Assembly (NCBI GenBank): GCA_938045545.1
Contig: CALIBN010000025.1
Span: forward strand, 1-12,271
Length of the DNA stretch: 12,271 nucleotides
Direction of reading: 5' to 3'
Source: an uncultured archaeon
Lineage (GTDB): Archaea > Thermoproteota > EX4484-205 > JAAOZP01
Shown: piece by piece, positions 1-8,243 of the stretch
Position numbering within the stretch: the first letter of the stretch is position 1
Layout: every line of letters starts with the position of its first letter
Program-made: the position numbers and the translations under genes
The notes under the pieces: generated by a model
Told to the model about the DNA's origin: nothing
What the model saw: only the letters and a program-made list of their open reading frames with translations
Databases searched by the model: none

Positions 1-131
1 TAAGTCACTCCCCTATTAGGACTTTTAGTAGTGAAGGGATAATTCGCGATCGGAACATCCACCATAGTTAAGGCAGAGAAGAGCGTACTCTTACCCACGT
101 TCGGCTTACCCACCAACCCCGCAAGCTCCAT
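1..131 (-). CDS. ychF: YchF/OBG-family translation-associated P-loop NTPase, 5' end only (runs off the left edge)
   Basis: Not in the ORF track. Manual translation from ATG at 131 gives [44 protein letters not shown]1 (GKPNVGKS) and G2 (ANYPFTT) motifs lie right at the N-terminus, as in YchF-like proteins. Confidence 0.9.
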   Translation of the reverse strand, partial: MELAGLVGKPNVGKSTLFSALTMVDVPIANYPFTTKSPNRGVT

Positions 132-154
132 CCAACTATCCTACAACAAGCCAA

Positions 155-162
155 GCTATAAC
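155..162 (-). promoter_or_regulatory. Putative TATA box for a leaderless ychF transcript
   Basis: Minus-strand GTTATAGC; the TTATA core ends 26 nt upstream of the ATG at 131. Confidence 0.35.
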
Positions 163-315
163 TCCAGCGCTCAGCACCCGCTGGGTGGGAAGTCTGCTAA
201 TAGTTAATCATTTACGATTAAACTAGTTCCTAAAAGGTGAATCAATCCGCATTTGTGACGCTAGGTGAATTAGTGCATCACTTTATGCATCAAACTGCAT
301 ACTAATAAGAGTTAG

Positions 316-325
316 TTTTATATTA
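316..325 (+). promoter_or_regulatory. Putative archaeal TATA box of the hydantoinase/oxoprolinase AB operon
   Basis: TTTTATATTA about 40 nt upstream of the TTG start at 366. A GGTGG SD-like motif at 355-359 implies a short leader. Confidence 0.5.
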
Positions 326-365
326 TTGAGAGATGCGCTAAAGGGTTGATGAACGGTGGTAGTAT

Positions 366-2426
366 TTGGTATACAGGATAGGGATTGATATCGGTGGGGC
401 CTTTACTGATCTGGTTGGCTATGACGATGAAACCGGCGAGCTCGTCTGGGTCAAGGATGAGACAACACCACACGACCCCTCAATCGGCGTATTAAGAACA
501 ATTTCCAAAAGTGGAATAGATTTTTCTAAGGTCTTCTCCATCATACATGGGCAGACCCTTGTCATCAATACAATCATTGAGAGGAAAGGCGCTAAGGTCG
601 GCCTAATAACAACTAAGGGTTTTAGGGATGTCTTAGAGCTTCAAAGATCTAACAGGAGGGACATGTATAATTTCAGGTACCAAAAACCTGATCCAATCGT
701 TCCGAGGTATCTGCGCTTAGAGGTGGAGGAGCGCGTCACCGCAGACGGAGAGATCCTTAAGCCCATGAAGGAGGAGGATGTAGAGAATGCGCTCGAAAGA
801 TTTGTGAAGGAGGGTGTTGAGAGTATTTGTATAAGTTTCATAAACTCTTACGCAAACCCTAACCATGAACTCAGAGCAGGCGAGATAGTGCAGGGGCGTG
901 TAGATGCCCCTGTAACGTTAGGGCATGAAATAACTAGAGAGTGGAGGGAGTATGAACGTACTATGACGGCCGTTCTCAACGCTTATGTTAAACCTAAACT
1001 CATAAAATACTTGACAAAGCTGGAGGAGGCTTTCAAGGAGAGAGGTTTCAAAAGAAGCCCCTTTGTTATGCTCTCCAACGGCGGAGTAGCAACTTTTGAC
1101 ATAGCTAAAAAATTCCCCATATATACGATAGAATCCGGTCCCGTGGCGGGCGTGATAGGCGGGGTATACATAGCTAAACTAGTGGGAGACAGTAATGTAA
1201 TAATCCTAGATGGTGGGAGCACCACGACAAAAGCCAGCCTTGTTGAAGGTCTAATCCCCCGAGTCCATACGGAGTATTACGTAGAAAGGACGAAGACTTC
1301 TGCAGGGTATCCGGTGAGGGTGCCGGTAGTAGATACATTCGAGATAGGGAACGGAGGAACGAGTATTGCGTGGATTGACTCGATAGGGAACCTGAGAGTT
1401 GGGCCAAAGGCTGCTGGTGCTTATCCTGGACCCGCCTGCTACGGGAAAGGTGGAACCGAGCCTACCGTTACAGACGCCTATGTTGTGAACGGTTTAATCA
1501 ATCCTGAATATCTCTTGGGTGGGGCTATGAGAATACATAAAAAACTCGCCTACGACGTAATTGAACAAAAAGTTGCGGACCACTATAACATCTCTGTACA
1601 AGAAGCAGCTGAGGGTATCATTAAACTCGCTAACGAAAATGCAGCATTCGCTATTAGAGTGGTCTCAGTCCAGCGCGGCTATGACCCAAGAGACTTCACA
1701 CTAATAGTACATGGCGGATCAGGGCCAATGTTCGCCCCCTTCATCGCTCAAGAACTTGAGATAAAGAAGATAATAGTCCCGGTAATTCCTCCGGGGGTTT
1801 TCAGTGCATGGGGAATGCTCACCACGGATATACGGCACGACCTTGTCTATACCGAAATTGTTAGGCTGGATAAGGAGCCGGCGATAAGGAAGATAAACGA
1901 CATATACTCGCGGCTTGAGATGAAAATCCTTGAAATTTTCAGGGAGGAACTCGGCGTAGGCGAAGTTGTGATCCAGAGGTACGCTGACATGCGGTACTAT
2001 GGCCAAGAACATACGGTGAAGGTCCCGATTCTATCAGGAAATATAGATGCTGAGGAAATCAACGTGATAGTGAATAGGTTTCACGAGTATCATGAACGGG
2101 AATATGCATTTAGACTAGAAGGCCCTGTAGAAATCGTGAATTTCCACGTGGTCGGCGAGTATAAGATAAGAAAGTTTGAGCTCAAGGAGATTGAGAATCC
2201 AGCCGAGTCGTCCGACGACGCTTTAATCGGAGAGAGAAGAGTATATTTGAATGGTGATGATTTAACATTGTCTGTCTATAATAAGCAGAAGTTGTCTCCC
2301 CGATTCAAGATCAACGGACCCGCCATCATTGAAGATCCTACATCTACAGTTCTTGTCTTGGATACGCAGAAGGTATCGGTAGATAAATATGGTAATGTAA
2401 TTATCTCAGAGAGTGGGGGGATATGA
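366..2426 (+). CDS. hyuA: Hydantoinase A / 5-oxoprolinase family, ATP-binding subunit (HyuA/OplA/CapA-like)
   Basis: 686 aa. Motifs: GIDIGGAFTD, GLITTKGFRDVLE, REYERTMTAVLNAYV, IESGPVAGV, DGGSTTTK, GPACYGKGGTEPTVTDA, RGYDPRDF, DMRYYGQEH, GPAIIEDPTST. TTG start with GGTGG upstream. The symbol is family-level only. Confidence 0.93.
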   Translation: MVYRIGIDIGGAFTDLVGYDDETGELVWVKDETTPHDPSIGVLRTISKSGIDFSKVFSIIHGQTLVINTIIERKGAKVGLITTKGFRDVLELQRSNRRDMYNFRYQKPDPIVPRYLRLEVEERVTADGEILKPMKEEDVENALERFVKEGVESICISFINSYANPNHELRAGEIVQGRVDAPVTLGHEITREWREYERTMTAVLNAYVKPKLIKYLTKLEEAFKERGFKRSPFVMLSNGGVATFDIAKKFPIYTIESGPVAGVIGGVYIAKLVGDSNVIILDGGSTTTKASLVEGLIPRVHTEYYVERTKTSAGYPVRVPVVDTFEIGNGGTSIAWIDSIGNLRVGPKAAGAYPGPACYGKGGTEPTVTDAYVVNGLINPEYLLGGAMRIHKKLAYDVIEQKVADHYNISVQEAAEGIIKLANENAAFAIRVVSVQRGYDPRDFTLIVHGGSGPMFAPFIAQELEIKKIIVPVIPPGVFSAWGMLTTDIRHDLVYTEIVRLDKEPAIRKINDIYSRLEMKILEIFREELGVGEVVIQRYADMRYYGQEHTVKVPILSGNIDAEEINVIVNRFHEYHEREYAFRLEGPVEIVNFHVVGEYKIRKFELKEIENPAESSDDALIGERRVYLNGDDLTLSVYNKQKLSPRFKINGPAIIEDPTSTVLVLDTQKVSVDKYGNVIISESGGI

Positions 2427-4177
2427 GCAAATCCGATCTTTTCACTTTGGAGATCATTAAGAGCGGTCTTATCACGGCTAATGAAGAGATGTTTTACGCC
2501 TTCGGAAGAACAGCAAAGAGCCCCGTAATCTATGAGGTTTTAGACTATGCAGTCGCCATGACTAATTCAGATGGCGATTTAATAGCTCAGGCACCAGGTG
2601 TCCCTGGCTTCTCAGGTGTCCTTGACTTTGCGGCAAGAGAAGTGCTCGATAAGTGGAACGGTGAACTATTTCCGGGTGATGTGGTTGGGCTTAATGTTCC
2701 ATACAAGTCGGGTACGCATTTAAACGATGTTACATTGGCGATGCCGGTCTTCTACAAGGACGAACTCCTCTCTATTATTTTGAACAAGGGGCATTGGAGC
2801 GAGGTTGGAGGAATGCACTTCGGCAGCTGGACATCAGATTCGACAGAGATTTATCAAGAAGGAATCCTTCTGCCCTGCATAAAGTTATACAAAGAAGGTA
2901 AACCGAATAAAGACGTGATAGACATTATCTTGGAGAATTCCAGGCTTCCTCAACACACACTCGGCGATATGGAGGCACAAGTAGCTTCCATGAAGGTCGC
3001 ATCTCGCCGCGTTGAAAGACTAGTTGAGAAGTATGGCATCGAAATGGTGAAGAAAGCAATGGAAAAGATTTTAGCCGATGGGTACAGACTTGCGTTACTG
3101 AATATCAGTAAGTTGCCGAAGGGAGTTTTTGAAGCGGAGGATTACATCGATGATGACGGTTTAACAGATAATCCAGTGTACGTGAAGGTAAGAGTCACAA
3201 TAAGTGAGAATGAGTTTGTAGCAGACTTTACTGGAAGCGGCTCGGCAAAAGGCTCTATAGCTTCACCCTACGCCGCAACTGTCTCAGGTGTAAGAGAAAC
3301 ATACATAGCGGTTACGGATCCACACATACATTTCAACGGGGGGTATTTCAGGCCATTAAAAGTGATTGCGCCGCCCGGCTCCGTTTTTCACCCAGTTAAA
3401 CCTACGCCAACTTCTACATACTGGGAGTCAATGGCATATGCGACCGATTTAGTCTGGAAAGCTCTTGCACCACACGTACCCGATAAGCTGACTGCCGGAC
3501 ATTTTTTGTCTATACTTGCAACGATACTTGGAGGAGTAGATAATAGAATAGGTGAGCCTTTCGCTATCGTTGAACCTCAACCAGGTGGGTGGGGGGCAGG
3601 GTACGACAAAGATGGTGAGAGTGGACTAGTAGCATGTGGAGACGGTGAGACTTTTATAGCGTCCAACGAGGTTTACGAGAAACGTATGCCCATAATGGTA
3701 GACAGGTATTGTCTAAATGTAGAAGGAGGTACAGGTCATGGAAAATTCAGAGGAGGTTTTGGGGTAATAAAGGATTATCGCGTCCTATGTGATGAGGCCT
3801 ACTTTACCGTCTCAATAGGTCGGAGCAAGTTCCCGCCATGGGGGGTTGCGGGAGGAATGGATGGCACCCCCAACTATTGCGTAATATTCAAGCACGGCGA
3901 GGAGCCCAAAGTCACCAGAAAGGTTGCCGCCCTCAAATTGAGAAAAGGCGAAGTAGTGAGTCTGAGGTCTGGCGGCGGAGGAGGATGGGGTGATCCGCTG
4001 GAAAGGGATCCAGAGAGGGTTAGAATGGATGTAAAGAACGAGTACATAACAATCAAAGTGGCGAAGGAAATATACGGAGTAGTGCTGCATCCAAACACTT
4101 TAGAGATAGATTGGGATGCTACAAACGAGTTAAGGCAAAAAATAAAAAGGGAAAGGCAGAAGAAGACAACTAAATAG
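2423..4177 (+). CDS. hyuB: Hydantoinase B / oxoprolinase family, metal-binding subunit (HyuB/OplB/CapB-like)
   Basis: 584 aa with ATGA overlap to subunit A. Motifs: SPVIYEVLD (D41), GTHLND (H99, D102), GHWSEVGG (H124), EIYQEG, GGGGGWGDPLERDP. The symbol is family-level only. Confidence 0.93.
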   Translation: MSKSDLFTLEIIKSGLITANEEMFYAFGRTAKSPVIYEVLDYAVAMTNSDGDLIAQAPGVPGFSGVLDFAAREVLDKWNGELFPGDVVGLNVPYKSGTHLNDVTLAMPVFYKDELLSIILNKGHWSEVGGMHFGSWTSDSTEIYQEGILLPCIKLYKEGKPNKDVIDIILENSRLPQHTLGDMEAQVASMKVASRRVERLVEKYGIEMVKKAMEKILADGYRLALLNISKLPKGVFEAEDYIDDDGLTDNPVYVKVRVTISENEFVADFTGSGSAKGSIASPYAATVSGVRETYIAVTDPHIHFNGGYFRPLKVIAPPGSVFHPVKPTPTSTYWESMAYATDLVWKALAPHVPDKLTAGHFLSILATILGGVDNRIGEPFAIVEPQPGGWGAGYDKDGESGLVACGDGETFIASNEVYEKRMPIMVDRYCLNVEGGTGHGKFRGGFGVIKDYRVLCDEAYFTVSIGRSKFPPWGVAGGMDGTPNYCVIFKHGEEPKVTRKVAALKLRKGEVVSLRSGGGGGWGDPLERDPERVRMDVKNEYITIKVAKEIYGVVLHPNTLEIDWDATNELRQKIKRERQKKTTK

Positions 4178-4205
4178 ATAATCGTTAGACAGCCCTCCAC
4201 AGAGA

Positions 4206-4215
4206 GCTTTTTGTT
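4206..4215 (+). terminator. Possible archaeal oligo-T terminator after hyuB
   Basis: GCTTTTTGTT about 30 nt after the TAG stop. It lies upstream of a separate TATA-like element for the next gene. Confidence 0.3.
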
Positions 4216-4243
4216 GAAGATCCTGCCCGCTCTTAACCAACAA

Positions 4244-4250
4244 TTTTATA
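4244..4250 (+). promoter_or_regulatory. Putative TATA box for a (near-)leaderless peptidase transcript
   Basis: TTTTATA ending 29 nt before the ATG at 4279. There is no SD-like motif before that ATG. Confidence 0.45.
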
Positions 4251-4278
4251 GCCAACCACCATACTCTGATGATTCGCC

Positions 4279-5382
4279 ATGTACTTAGACAGGTTAAAGA
4301 GATTGAGGGAAAATATGGATCGCTTAAGTCTCGACGCGGTCATGCTGACTTTCGAGCCGAACATGTATTATTTATCCGGTTATAGCGCAATTTCCCTTGA
4401 ACGTTTAGTCGCACTATTGTTATTCAGAGAGCAAGAGACGGCGCACCTGATAGTGCCTAAACTTGAGAAGGATCGGGCCGAGGAGAATTGCAGGTTAAAA
4501 AAAGTTGAGATTCTCGCTTATAGTGATGTAGAGGACCCGATAAACGTAATGAGGGGGCTTTTTTCAAAATATCGTGTTGAAAACTTGGGCTTGGACGGAA
4601 GCACTCCCTACAGATTCGTTCACCCAATAATTTCTGCGGGTCTTGTATCGAGTCTTTCGCTTGTTGACGACATGATGTACTCTCTAAGGATCGTCAAAGA
4701 TGTTGAGGAGGTTAGATGCTTAGAAAGAGCTGCAGAGATCAATAATAAACTTATGTTAGAAAGTATTATTCACGTGGAGTCTGGCCTATCTGAGAAGCAG
4801 CTTGCCGCCTTCGTAAGAATGAGGGCATTAGAGCTAGGCGCTGATGAGGTTGCCTTCACTCTGATCCAGTCAGGAAGTAACTCTGCACTCCCCCATCAGG
4901 AACCGACAGAGAGGAGAATTGGTAATGGGGAAATAGTTCTTCTGGATATTGGTATCAAATTTATGGGATACTATTCTGATATAACTCGGACTATCACTTG
5001 CGGGAAACCTTCGCAGCAGCAGCAACAAATTTTTGACATAGTATATAGAGCCCAATCGGCCGCTATTGCAATAGCTAAGGAGGGGTCGAAGGCCGGCGAC
5101 CTAGACAAGGAAGCTAGGCAGACTATATCTGAGGCCGGGTATGGGGAGTACTTCATTCACAGGACGGGGCATGGATTAGGATTGGAAGTTCATGAACCTC
5201 CTTACATAAAAGGAGATAACAACCAAGAGTTAAGAAAAGGGATGGCGTTTACCGTAGAGCCGGGAATATATCTACCGGGAAGGTTTGGAGTTAGGCTGGA
5301 AGACAACCTGATAATAACTGAAGACGGGCACACCAACTTAACTAAATTGCCAAAATTTCTCTCGATTGAGGAGTATCTATAA
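4279..5382 (+). CDS. pepQ: M24B Xaa-Pro dipeptidase/aminopeptidase (prolidase-like)
   Basis: 367 aa, creatinase-N-type domain plus pita-bread domain. All five metal ligands are present: D223 (LLDIG), D234 (YYSDITRT), H298 (HRTGHGLGLEVHEPP), E327 (TVEPGIY), E341 (GVRLED). Confidence 0.9.
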   Translation: MYLDRLKRLRENMDRLSLDAVMLTFEPNMYYLSGYSAISLERLVALLLFREQETAHLIVPKLEKDRAEENCRLKKVEILAYSDVEDPINVMRGLFSKYRVENLGLDGSTPYRFVHPIISAGLVSSLSLVDDMMYSLRIVKDVEEVRCLERAAEINNKLMLESIIHVESGLSEKQLAAFVRMRALELGADEVAFTLIQSGSNSALPHQEPTERRIGNGEIVLLDIGIKFMGYYSDITRTITCGKPSQQQQQIFDIVYRAQSAAIAIAKEGSKAGDLDKEARQTISEAGYGEYFIHRTGHGLGLEVHEPPYIKGDNNQELRKGMAFTVEPGIYLPGRFGVRLEDNLIITEDGHTNLTKLPKFLSIEEYL

Positions 5383-5390
5383 CCAACGCG

Positions 5391-6371
5391 CTATTCGTAA
5401 AGCCAACATCTGACGACGTGTCCGTTATCTGTCATAACATCTGGTGGCTCGCGCTCGCTACAAACAGGCTTTGCGAAGGGACATCTAGTATGAAATCTAC
5501 ACCCCTTTGGTGGGCTTAGTGCACTAGGTATTTCTCCCACCGCCTCTACTCCCTTCGGTTTAATTTCCTCATCCTGCCTAGTCAGTGTTGGGATTGAAGA
5601 TAGGAGCATCTGAGTGTATGGGTGTAGTGGCTCTCTAAAGAATTCCTCCGTTGGGGCCTCCTCGTATATTTTCCCTAGATACATTATCATTACTCGGTGT
5701 GCTATGTTTCTCACAACACCTAAATCATGGGTGATCAAGAGATAGCTAATATCGTGTTCCTTCTGTATTCTACTTAATGTGTTAAGCACCTTCGCCTGTG
5801 ATGAAACGTCTAATGCGGAGGTAGGCTCGTCTAAGATTATAAAAGACGGGCTTGGGGCAAGGGCTCTAGCTATTGCAACGAGCTGCTTCTCTCCTCCACC
5901 AAGCTCGTGGGGGTACTTGAACATAAAATCTTCGCCTAAACCTACAAACTCCAACAATTCCGCCACTTTACCATAGACACCTGATGAATCAGCCAGTCGG
6001 TGGATACGTAATGGTAATCCAACGATATCTTTAATCATGTGCTTAGGATTAAGTGATGTCCCGGGGTCTTGAAAGACGATCTGAATCTCTCTCTTTAACT
6101 CAAGACTACGCTTCTTGATTGGAATTGATAAATCATGCCTTCCCTTATAGAGTATTCCTCCACTGTCCGGCGGATAGAAACCCATTACCACATGTCCGGT
6201 GGTTGTCTTCCCTGAGCCAGACTCGCCTACAAGTGCGAGGGTTTCACCATATTTTACTGAGAAGCTTACCCCGTCTACAGCCTTTACTATTCCTTCTTTT
6301 ATCTTGAAATATTTTCTAACATCAGAAACCATTAGTATCGAGTCCTTCTGCATATTCACACCCTCACTCAT
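5391..6371 (-). CDS. dppF: Dipeptide/oligopeptide ABC transporter ATP-binding protein (DppF/OppF-like)
   Basis: Walker A GESGSGKTT, Q-loop VFQDP, non-canonical signature LGGGE, Walker B IILDEPTSALD, THDL, and a C-terminal HPYT/Cys-rich domain. The real start may be the in-frame ATG at 6353, which follows SD GAGGGTG. Confidence 0.92.
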   Translation of the reverse strand: MSEGVNMQKDSILMVSDVRKYFKIKEGIVKAVDGVSFSVKYGETLALVGESGSGKTTTGHVVMGFYPPDSGGILYKGRHDLSIPIKKRSLELKREIQIVFQDPGTSLNPKHMIKDIVGLPLRIHRLADSSGVYGKVAELLEFVGLGEDFMFKYPHELGGGEKQLVAIARALAPSPSFIILDEPTSALDVSSQAKVLNTLSRIQKEHDISYLLITHDLGVVRNIAHRVMIMYLGKIYEEAPTEEFFREPLHPYTQMLLSSIPTLTRQDEEIKPKGVEAVGEIPSALSPPKGCRFHTRCPFAKPVCSEREPPDVMTDNGHVVRCWLYE

Positions 6372-7332
6372 ATAGGTGGCATGCCACTGCGTGGTCTGTA
6401 TTGATAATGGTTCTCTTAGGCTTTACTGTATGGCATTTGTCCAATGCGTAGGGGCATCTCGGAGCGAATCTGCAACCAATAGGCGGGAAGCGGTAGTCAG
6501 GTAGCTTGCCTCTAATTCCTTCGCCTATCTCACGTGTACTTATTTTAGGTGCGCTGGAAATAAGCAAGCTTGTATATGGGTGAGCTGGATGGTCAAACAG
6601 CTCGCTCGTCCTAGCCTCCTCCATTATGTCTCCCGCATACAGCACATATGCTCTATCAGTCATTTGGCGAACCATACCCAACGCATGTGACACCAATATG
6701 GTGCTCAGTCCTCTCTGCTTTACCAGCCTATCAATCAACTTCAATATCTGGTCTTGAATTGTAACGTCGATATTAGTGGTTGGCTCATCCGCGAGCAAAA
6801 GTTTGCCTGCAGATATTAAGGCCATGGCAATCATTACCCTTTGCCTCATACCACCGCTTAACTGGAAGGGGAAGGACTCCAAAACCCTCTCGTAGTCAGG
6901 AAGCTTCACGTCATTCAATACCCTTACTGCATGATCATGTAACTCCTCTTTCGTAGGATTATGCCCCTCTGCCAATAACTTATACTTGACTACGTCGTAT
7001 AACTGGTCCTTAATCTTGAATACCGGATTCAAGGCAGCCATAGGGTCTTGGAATATCATTCCTATTTCTCGCCTTCTCACCGTCGAAAGCTCGGCCTCGC
7101 CGGATCTCAGTATGTCTATGTCCTTAAACTTTATCACACCGCTGGGAATAAGTGCGTTCTGAGGAAGGATTCTCAATATGGATTTAAGGAGTGTTGTTTT
7201 CCCGCTGCCCGTTTCACCAATTATTCCTACCCTTTCTCCCTCTACCATTCTCAACCAAACACCGTTTAATACTTTATTGATATACCAGTAGCTCTTATAA
7301 TGAACGTAAAGATCCTGAATGTTTAGCAGCAT
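6364..7332 (-). CDS. dppD: Dipeptide/oligopeptide ABC transporter ATP-binding protein (DppD/OppD-like)
   Basis: GETGSGKTT, IFQDPMAALNP, QLSGGMRQRVMIAMAL, LLLADEPTT, HPYT and GCRFAPRC..C..ACHL. SD GGGTGA lies 6 nt before the ATG. Confidence 0.92.
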   Translation of the reverse strand: MLLNIQDLYVHYKSYWYINKVLNGVWLRMVEGERVGIIGETGSGKTTLLKSILRILPQNALIPSGVIKFKDIDILRSGEAELSTVRRREIGMIFQDPMAALNPVFKIKDQLYDVVKYKLLAEGHNPTKEELHDHAVRVLNDVKLPDYERVLESFPFQLSGGMRQRVMIAMALISAGKLLLADEPTTNIDVTIQDQILKLIDRLVKQRGLSTILVSHALGMVRQMTDRAYVLYAGDIMEEARTSELFDHPAHPYTSLLISSAPKISTREIGEGIRGKLPDYRFPPIGCRFAPRCPYALDKCHTVKPKRTIINTDHAVACHLYE

Positions 7333-7334
7333 AC

Positions 7335-8243
7335 TTAATCACCCGCAAAGACGTCTCTAATTCCGTCGCCGAGCAAATTAAATGAAAGTATTATCAATAC
7401 AATGCCGAGTGCAGGGCCCATGCTCATCCACCAGTAACTCGGGAGGTACTTGCTATACTCCGATACCATTGTTCCTAGGTCAGGTGTCGGCGGCTGTGCC
7501 CCAAGGCCGACGAAACTAATAGCGGCCCCTATCAGTACAACCCATCCAGCGTCCAACGTAACTTTGGTAAGTATTATGCCTAGCTGGTTTGGCAGCAACT
7601 CGCGGAAGAGAATATGAACAGTGGAGGCGCCTTGCGCCTCGGCTGCAAGTATGAACGGCTCATTCCTAAGAGACGCGGTGACAGAATGGGTTAGTTTAAC
7701 GTACCAGGGCCACCACATCAATGATACTGCTAGCATGGCATTGTATATGTTGGGCTCCAGTATCGAAGCGATTGCTAGGGCTAAGACCAGATAAGGTATT
7801 GAAATGAATATGTCTGATAATCGAATGATTATCGTCTCTATTATGGTTCCTCTATAATATCCGGCAATAAGGCCTAAGACCACACCAGTAGGCACCACTA
7901 GTGAGAGAACTATCCCTATTAACAGGAAAGCGTATCGGAATCCAAATATAACGCGACTTAACACGTCTCGCCCGTACATGTCTGTGCCAAGTAGGTGCTC
8001 TAAGCTTGGCGGTTTATAGGCATCCTTAAAATTGATGTACAGTCCGGCATGCTCAGGATAGGGGGCAATAAACTCTGCTAGGCCAACAAAGAGGATTAGA
8101 AGACAGATAAGCGACAGGCCAATTAAAGAGAGTCTACTCCTCTTAAATCTGTACCAGACCCGCTTCAGATTCTCTCTCTTAACACGTCGCTCAAGCCCGA
8201 GGTACCGCCTCTGAGCATCAAGTGTCCTACTCATTCGTCTCAC
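7335..8243 (-). CDS. dppC: Dipeptide/oligopeptide ABC transporter permease (DppC/OppC-like)
   Basis: HLLGTDMYGRDVLSR, EAA loop FILAAEAQGAS, SFVGLGAQPPTPDLG, FNLLGDGIRD. The likely start is the ATG at 8234 after SD AGGTGA. Confidence 0.92.
   Translation of the reverse strand: MRRMSRTLDAQRRYLGLERRVKRENLKRVWYRFKRSRLSLIGLSLICLLILFVGLAEFIAPYPEHAGLYINFKDAYKPPSLEHLLGTDMYGRDVLSRVIFGFRYAFLLIGIVLSLVVPTGVVLGLIAGYYRGTIIETIIIRLSDIFISIPYLVLALAIASILEPNIYNAMLAVSLMWWPWYVKLTHSVTASLRNEPFILAAEAQGASTVHILFRELLPNQLGIILTKVTLDAGWVVLIGAAISFVGLGAQPPTPDLGTMVSEYSKYLPSYWWMSMGPALGIVLIILSFNLLGDGIRDVFAGD

Noticed and set aside
164-187. GC-rich hairpin options CCAGCG/CGCTGG (164-184) and CACCC/GGGTG (175-187)
   Set aside because: The stems are only 5-6 bp, with no tRNA cloverleaf or recognisable ncRNA motif. 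They may be chance.
2415-2420. G6 run at the end of hyuA (also a G7 run at 3590-3596)
   Set aside because: These are explained by the SD for hyuB and by Trp-Gly-Ala codons. Frames are intact and the runs are too short to argue for phase variation.
5014-5028. CAGCAGCAGCAACAA (Gln5) in the peptidase
   Set aside because: It is a short, in-frame, mixed-codon run in a normally polar helix and not a credible contingency repeat.
366-5382. Creatinine/creatine degradation or acetone/acetophenone carboxylase interpretation
   Set aside because: The M24 protein retains metal ligands, so it is not a creatinase. No creatinine deaminase or carbamoylsarcosine amidase is in the window, and there are no additional carboxylase subunits. 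The peptide-transport context favours amide hydrolysis.
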